The notes under the pieces: generated by a model | What the model saw: the letters and a program-made list of their open reading frames with translations, nothing else | Told to the model about the DNA's origin: nothing | Database searches by the model: none | From: an uncultured Acidobacteriota bacterium | Lineage (GTDB): Bacteria; Acidobacteriota; Vicinamibacteria; Vicinamibacterales; UBA2999 | Assembly: GCA_963751025.1 (NCBI GenBank) | Contig: CAVVTC010000006.1 | Location: 285,722 to 317,721 of the forward strand | DNA length: 32,000 nt | Direction of reading: 5' to 3' | Program-made: the position numbers and the translations under genes | Part shown: piece after piece, positions 26,901-32,000 of the stretch | How the letters are laid out: every line of letters starts with the position of its first letter | Position numbering within the stretch: the first letter of the stretch is position 1

Positions 26901-27008
26901 CTGGCCGAGGAGCGCGCCGGGGCCGCGGAAGAGATAGGCGGCGGAGGTCGCCGTCGCGCCGGCCGCGATGACGCCTTTGATGAAGGTGCGCCGTGTGACC
27001 GGATCCAT
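23944..27008 (-). CDS. Tat-exported [2Fe-2S] + molybdopterin-binding subunit of a xanthine dehydrogenase/aldehyde oxidoreductase-family enzyme (PaoA-PaoC-like, fused in frame); one frame break (~25910-25990)
   Basis: The Tat signal is MDPVTRRTFIKGVIAAGATATSAA. The 2Fe-2S motifs are GCDRAECGACTV and CAFCMPGF..GNLCRCQDY. With no stop codon the frame continues into MPDGKLIGANYIPPDHVAKVTGRAKYAEDF (Ald_Xan_dh_C N-terminus). After the break, ORF 23944..25911 carries HHPMETRSAMAYW, EYTGGGFGSKG and GVGEPPVGAGYGAVLNAI. Confidence 0.85.
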
Positions 27009-27106
27009 CGCAGCGGACTCTAGACCCGAGGCTCCGGGCTGTCAATGGGCAGACGTTGGACGAAAAATTGACGCCATGCCCGATTCCCGTCGCATATCGT
27101 CCTGCC

Positions 27107-28142
27107 ATGCGCTTGTTCAGATTCGTGCTCGCTATCATCACCGTTTCGGCAACCAGCGCGCTGGCGCAGCCGCTCACAGTGCCTGGGAGCGCCGTGCGTG
27201 CGCCCGCCGGTGCAGCACTGTCCGGACGCGGGCTGCCCGGCCGATGTCGTCACCAGCGGCGGCGCGGTCGTCGAGCCGAAGACGAGCCGCACCTATTTTC
27301 TCGACTATCCCTGCAACCTGAAGCGAGGCGAGAAGGTCACGTTCATCCTGAGCCTGCACGGCGGCGGCTCGTACGGCAACTGGCAGCGCCACTACTTTCC
27401 CCTGCTCGACTACACCGACAAGTACCGCCTCGTCGTCGCCACGCCGTTCTCGCCGCGCCGCGTCTGGTCGGCCGAAGACGATGGCTATCTCCAGAACATC
27501 GTCTCGTCGGTGATCGACGCGATCGGCCGCGAGAACATCAAGGCGTTCTGGCTCGCCGGGCACTCGCAGGGCGGCCTGACCTCATCGAGGATCATCTGCA
27601 GCGACTTCTTCGCGACAAAGTCGATGGGTTCCTGAGCCTGTCGGGCGGCCGCGTCGGTGGTCAGGCGGGACGCGCCGCGAGCTTCGGCATTCCGGCGCAG
27701 GCGGGCGCGCCGCGCCGGACGCGCAACGCCGCGCGGCGGGTCCTCCCGCCGGCGCGCTGGTGATTCCGCCGCCGCCGATGTGCGACTTCTCGCACATCTT
27801 CGAGACCGGCGAGCACGAGATCAGCGAGCTGCCGAAGGCGTCGGCGCGCGCGCAGAAGTACGCGTGCTCGGCGGAAACCAGGCGCCGGGAGGTCGTCGAT
27901 ACAAAGGCGGGTTACGTCTTCGACGGCACGCGTCAGAACCCGGGCTCGAAGGCGTGGGGTCTTCGGCCGCGTCCGGGCAAGGCCGACGTCCTCACCTATC
28001 GCTCGTGCAAGGACAGGCGGGTGGTCGCCGATGTCGTGCGATCGACAAAGGACACACCGAAGGCCTCGAGCCGAAGGTCACCGAGGAAATCGTCAGGTTG
28101 ATGTTGTCGGCGCGCGGCGGCAAAATCCAGCACGGCGGCTAA
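27107..28142 (+). pseudogene. Secreted alpha/beta-hydrolase (esterase / PHB-depolymerase-like); at least four frame breaks as read
   Basis: The signal peptide is [22 protein letters not shown]. In another frame lie [37 protein letters not shown] (G-x-S-x-G nucleophile elbow). Later pieces are [27 protein letters not shown] and [28 protein letters not shown], with the stop at 28140-28142. Confidence 0.6.
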
Positions 28143-28150
28143 GATCGCTC

Positions 28151-28177
28151 GTAGAGGCGGGCTTCAGACCCGCCTTT
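28151..28177. repeat. REP-like hairpin GTAG-AGGCGGG-CTTCAGA-CCCGCCT
   Basis: A 7-bp stem (28155-28161/28169-28175) in the 47-nt gap between the esterase stop and the next start. It has the same GTAG flank and CTTCAG loop as the other copies. Confidence 0.65.
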
Positions 28178-28189
28178 CTAGGAGACATC

Positions 28190-28845
28190 ATGCGGAGCAG
28201 ATCGCTCGGGCTCGTCGTCGTCGTCGCATCGGTCGCGGTGCGTCTGCGGGGCAATCCAGACTGCCATCGGACATTCATCCAGAGTCGCTCTCTCGCCTGC
28301 CTCCGCTGCAGCGCGACGCACTGGACGCTGCGGGCAAGCGGATTGGGACGCGTCGGCGGGCGGCCGCGGGATGCCGAAGCACCGGTCCGGCGCCGGTCTC
28401 GATGTACAGTCCCGGGAGTCGCCGGGCCCGATTCACGATCTCAATCAGTACCTGCGGAAGACCGTGGCTGGCAGCCGCTACTTCGAGCTGTCGGCGCTCA
28501 TCGCCGCACGTGAATTCGATCAGCAGTACCGAATGGTCGGGCCACGAACCAGCCGGGGCTGAAGCGCCGGGCTCGAGCAATCGGTGATCGACGTCGTCAA
28601 GTTCAACAAGGACGTCGCCGGGCTGTCAGAGAAGGATGCGACCGTGATTCGGCTCGGTCGCGCGACTGTTCCGCGATCACAAGGTGAGCTCGGAGCTGTG
28701 GGCAAAGACCGTCGAGTTCTTCGGACGTCAGGGCGCCATCGAGATCGTGGCGACGATGGGCGACTACGCGATGGCCGGCTTCATGCTGACGGCCGTCGAT
28801 CAGCAGCTACCGGCGGATCGGAAGCCGATGCTGCCGGTGAAGTAA
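28190..28845 (+). pseudogene. Carboxymuconolactone decarboxylase (CMD/AhpD-like) family protein with a signal-like N-terminus; at least four frame breaks as read
   Basis: ATG 28190 follows GGAGA and gives MRSRSLGLVVVVASVAV. Pieces in different frames: LPPLQRDALDAAGKRI, YLRKTVAGSRYFELSALIAAREFDQQY, VIDVVKFNKDVAGLSEKDATVIRLGRA and ELWAKTVEFFGRQGAIEIVATMGDYAMAGFMLTAVDQQLP. The stop is TAA 28843-28845. Confidence 0.65.
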
Positions 28846-28847
28846 GC

Positions 28848-28993
28848 GGTCCTTGGTCCTTTGTTCTTGGTGCCTGGTCCGTCCTATGGTCCCTGGTCCG
28901 TCCGAGGTCCTTGGTTCGTGGTCCTTCGGACCCAGGACCAAGGACGGACCAGGCCCCAGGACGGACGAAGAACCAAGGCCCAAGGACCAGGGA
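28848..28993. repeat. 146-bp GGTCC/GGACC-rich imperfect palindrome filling the gap between convergent genes
   Basis: The left arm is rich in GGTCC, with CCTGGTCCGTCC occurring twice (28873-28884, 28892-28903). The centre is GGTCC-TTC-GGACC (28920-28932). The right arm carries the reverse complements GGACGGACCAGG (28942-28953), ACCAAGGAC (28937-28945) and CCAAGGACC (28980-28988). Confidence 0.85.
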
Positions 28994-30627
28994 CTAATTA
29001 GCGCGTGCGGCGCGCGTGGCGGTCGAGTTCTTGCCGGTGTTCAGCAGCTGCGCGGCCTCGCCGAAGTAGTTGAGCGCGAACTGCAGCTGCGGGTCCTGCT
29101 TCGCGAGCTTCTCGTACACCCGTGCCGCGCCGAAGAGATCGAGGTCGATCTCCTTCTGCATCATCGCCGTGATGTATGGCAGGTCGGTCTTCCAGCCCGC
29201 CTCGTCGAACCGCATCGGTGCCTGCATGACGAGCTGCCTGAACTCGTTGAGCATCTCATCGGTCACCTGATAGCCGGCGGCGACCTCGCGCCTCGCTGCG
29301 GACGAGGTCAGCGTGACGCGGGCGTCGCCCTGACGCGTGAATCGCCGGGCATAGACGTCGAACAGACCGCGCGCGGTGATCGTGCGGGCGAAGCGACCGG
29401 GGTTGAAGCCTTCGGTCGGGCCGTCGAATCGTCGATCAGGCTCGACGCCGCCGCCGCTGTACACCTTCCGGCCCGCGTCGGTGTATTCGAGATCCTCGGC
29501 CCTGTGCGTCTTGTTGGCGTCCTGATCGCGAATCGTGTAGGTCAGGTAGTCGTCGAAGGTGCCGTCCCACGGACGCTGAATCAGCCGGCCGCTCGGTGTG
29601 TAGTACCGCGCGGTCGTGATCAGCGCCGCGGCGCCGCGGCTGAGGCGATAGACCGACTGCACGAGCGCCTTGCCGAACGTCGTCTCACCGATGACCAGCG
29701 ATCGATCGTGATCCTGCAGGGCTCCTGAGACGATCTCCGATGCGCTCGCGCTCGAGCGGTTCACGAGCGTGATCATCGGCACCGTCAGGTAGTCGCTGCG
29801 CTCCTGGGCGCGATAGTCCTGATCGGATCCGTTGACGCGGCCGCGCGTGTAGACGACCAGGTCGCCCTTGGGCAGGAAGCGGCTCGAGACCAGGATGGCC
29901 TGATCGAGCGCGCCGCCGGGGTTGCCGCGCAGGTCGAACACCAGGCGCTTCATGCCGCGCTTGGTGAGATCGCCCAGCGCGCGACCGAGCTCGCGGTCGC
30001 TGTTCTCGGCGAACTCGGTGAGCTTGATGTAGCCGGTGGTCTCGTCGAGCATGACCGCCGCGGTCACCGTCGGGATGTGCACCTCGTCACGCCGGACGCG
30101 AAGGTCGATCAGCTGCTCGTAGCCGCCGCGCCTGAGCGAGATGTCCACGAACGTGCCGCGGGGCCCTTGAGGCGGCCGACCGTCTGCTCGCTGGTCCAGC
30201 CCTTGGTGTTCTCGCGCTCGATCCTGGCGATGACATCGCCGCGGCGGAGCCCGCTCTCGAACGCCGGCGAGTTCTCGAAGACGGAGGCAACGATGACGTC
30301 GCCGTTGATCACCTGGATGGTGATGCCGAGCCCGTAGTACCGCCCTTCCTGTCGCTCGCGCGTCTGCGCGTATGAGCGGGGATCCATGAAGCTCGAGTGC
30401 GGGTCGAGCGTCTGCAGCAGGCCGGTGATTGCGCTGTAGACGATCCGGTCGGATTCGACGTCGCCGACGTAGACGTCCTCGATGGCGCGGAGGCCGGCGG
30501 TGAAGACCTTGTATTGCTCGGAGACCTGATCCTGGGCGGAAAGCGCGGTGTGTCCGAAATACGCGCCGGCGCAGGCACACAACGCAATGATGATGGCCGC
30601 CGCCGGAAGGGATCGATATCTGGGCAT
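28994..30627 (-). CDS. S41-family C-terminal processing peptidase (Ctp/Tsp-like) with a PDZ domain; one frame break at 30160-30163
   Basis: N-terminal anchor and PDZ region (YYGLGITIQVINGDVIVASVFENSPAFESGLRRGDVIARI). After the break comes the S41 core (RLVFDLRGNPGGALDQA, VPMITLVNRSSASASEIVSGALQDHDRSLVIGETTFGKALVQ). Confidence 0.9.
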
Positions 30628-30651
30628 GTTGTCAGCGCTCCGTTGGATCGG

Positions 30652-30681
30652 GTTCCGCCTTCGCCAAGGCTACGGCGGGAC
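30652..30681. repeat. GC hairpin GTTCCGCC..GGCGGGAC in the divergent promoter gap
   Basis: An 8-bp outer stem (one G-U pair) plus a short inner stem around CAAG. It lies between the S41 start (30627) and the hemH start (30782). Its loop and flank differ from the TGAA-loop family. Confidence 0.4.
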
Positions 30682-30781
30682 AAGTCTATCGAGTCTGAGG
30701 GATCGGCGGCTGGGCGTCAGCCGTCGTCTGGTGAGAGGCCAGGGTCCCGGCGGGCTGGGGAATTCGCAGTAGACTGCGTTT

Positions 30782-31747
30782 TTGCGGTTTGATTCCGTCC
30801 TGATCGTGTCGTTCGGCGGTCCCCAGGGCCCGCCGACATCCGCCCGTTTCTGGCCAACGTGCTGCGCGGGCGGCGGGTCAGCCCGAGCGCGTCGAGGAAG
30901 TGGCCCGTCATTACGAGCTGTTCGGCGGCGTGTCGCCGATCACCGAGATCACGAGGCGACAGGCGGAGGGTCTGCGGGACGCGGCTCGCGGCGATGCGGG
31001 CAGCCGCTGCCGGTCTACGTCGGCATGCGCAACTGGCATCCGCTGCTGGCCGACACGCTTCGCGAGATGCACGACGCGGGCGTGCGCCGCGCGATCGGGT
31101 TCATCGCCGCGGCGCAGCATTCCTATTCGAGCTGCCAGCAGTACCGCGAGAACGTCGCCGCCGCGCGGGCCGAGCTGCGACGCGACGGCGCGCGACGTCG
31201 ACGTGACCTTCGCCGGCAGCTGGTTCGATCATCCGCTGTTCATCGCGGCCAACGCCGCGCACGTGCGTGAGGCGCTCGCGCGACTGCCCGAGCCGGTGCG
31301 GGCCGAGGCGCGCATCGTGTTCACCGCGCACAGCATTCCCACCAGCGATGGCCGAGCGTCGCGATATCGGGAGCAGCTCGCAGATCGTCGCGGCTCGTGG
31401 CCGCGGCGGCCGGCATGCGCGACTGGGCGCTCGTGTATCAGAGCCGCAGCGGCCGGCCCGAGAGATCCGTGGCTCGAGCCGGACGTCTGCGATTACCTGC
31501 GGCAGGCCCGCGCCGAGGGACTGGCGGCGGCGGTGCTCTGCCCGATCGGCTTCGTCTGCGATCACATCGAGGTGCTCTACGACCTCGATCACGAGGCGGC
31601 CGCGATGTGTGCCGAGAGATCGGCCTGCCCATGACCCGCGCCGAGGCGGTCAACGACGATCCGCTGTTTCTCGACATGATGGCGGACGTCGTCATGGCGA
31701 CGATCCGGCGCTATGAGCGGGGAAGACCGCTCCCGTTTTCTTTGTGA
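30782..31747 (+). pseudogene. hemH: Ferrochelatase; many frame breaks as read
   Basis: Ordered hemH blocks lie in alternating frames: FDSVLIVSFGGPQGP, HYELFGGVSPITEITRRQAEGL, PVYVGMRNWHPLLADTLREMHDAGVRRAIGFIAA, VTFAGSWFDHPLFIAANAAHV, RIVFTAHSIP, WALVYQSRSG, PWLEPDVCDYL, LCPIGFVCDHIEVLYDLDHEA and DDPLFLDMMADVV. Confidence 0.85.
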
Positions 31748-31749
31748 CG

Positions 31750-31767
31750 GTCCGGCTAAAGCCGGAC
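31750..31767. repeat. REP-like hairpin GTCCGGC-TAAA-GCCGGAC
   Basis: Perfect 7-bp stem immediately after the hemH stop. With its ACAC flank it nearly matches the reverse complement of the copy at 17851. Confidence 0.7.
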
Positions 31768-31787
31768 ACAGCAACGGTCAACGACTC

Positions 31788-32000
31788 ACGGCGATTGATA
31801 TCGCCATCCTGCCGCCGCCTGACGTGTCCGAGCGCGCCGTGGCGTTGAGCGCAGCGCTGCCCTCTGCGGAATCACAGGGTCTTCGACTCGGACCGGAGTT
31901 CCTGCCACACATCACGCTGACGCAGCAGTTCGTGTCACGCGACTCGCTCGACGCCGCCATCGCGCAGGTGGATCAGGTCCTGCGCGATCGGCCGCCGCTT
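31788..32000 (+). CDS. 2H phosphoesterase superfamily (LigT / 2'-5' RNA ligase-like) protein, 5' partial at window end; start not resolved
   Basis: The frame gives TAIDIAILPPPDVSERAVALSAAL..GLRLGPEFLPHITLTQQFVSRDSLDAAIAQVDQVL, with an H-x-T-x motif (HITL). No canonical start lies in frame downstream of the hairpin. Confidence 0.4.

Noticed and set aside
31744-31800. GTG 31744 (overlapping the hemH stop as GTGA) as the start of the 2H phosphoesterase gene
   Set aside because: It is in a different frame from the conserved IDIAILPP..HITLTQ frame and would need another indel near 31790. It would also put the REP-like hairpin (31750-31767) inside coding sequence. The start is left unresolved.

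Overview
GC-rich (by eye about two-thirds G+C) bacterial chromosomal segment. The gene content points to Acidobacteriota: an overlapping PadR + ADOP-type orphan FtsX/MacB permease pair, a BlaI/M56 pair with HEAT-repeat output, and many secreted hydrolases. I recognise about 29 protein-coding genes and one tRNA-Ser(GCU). They include glgX, an EamA transporter, a secreted beta-gamma-crystallin-like protein, GH16-like and CE4 enzymes, a PAS-PAS-HisKA_3 kinase and a RyR-domain protein. Also present are an AraC-GyrI regulator beside an atypical MBL fusion, pirin plus a flavodoxin-like protein, and a lipoprotein subclass B3 metallo-beta-lactamase. The rest are a Tat-exported PaoABC-like molybdoenzyme operon ending in a cytochrome b gene, an esterase, a CMD-family protein, an S41 peptidase, hemH and a partial 2H phosphoesterase. 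I found no integrase, transposase, CRISPR, phage or recognisable defence genes, so I cannot point to a clear-cut novel system. About half the genes have a broken reading frame as read. The two breaks I resolved by hand lie in homopolymer runs, so indel errors are more likely than real pseudogenes, and frame-break coordinates are approximate. The most unusual signal is non-coding. There are three classes of hairpin repeats in intergenic or intercistronic gaps: an AT-rich CAGAATK heptamer palindrome inside the molybdoenzyme operon, a 146-bp GGTCC-rich palindrome between convergent genes, and about eight copies of a short GC stem/TGAA-loop REP-like element. The best protein-level candidates are the BlaI/M56-HEAT/HEAT module, the molybdoenzyme + cytochrome b operon (with an in-frame FeS-Moco fusion), the RyR-domain protein and the MBL fusion with a degenerate metal motif.
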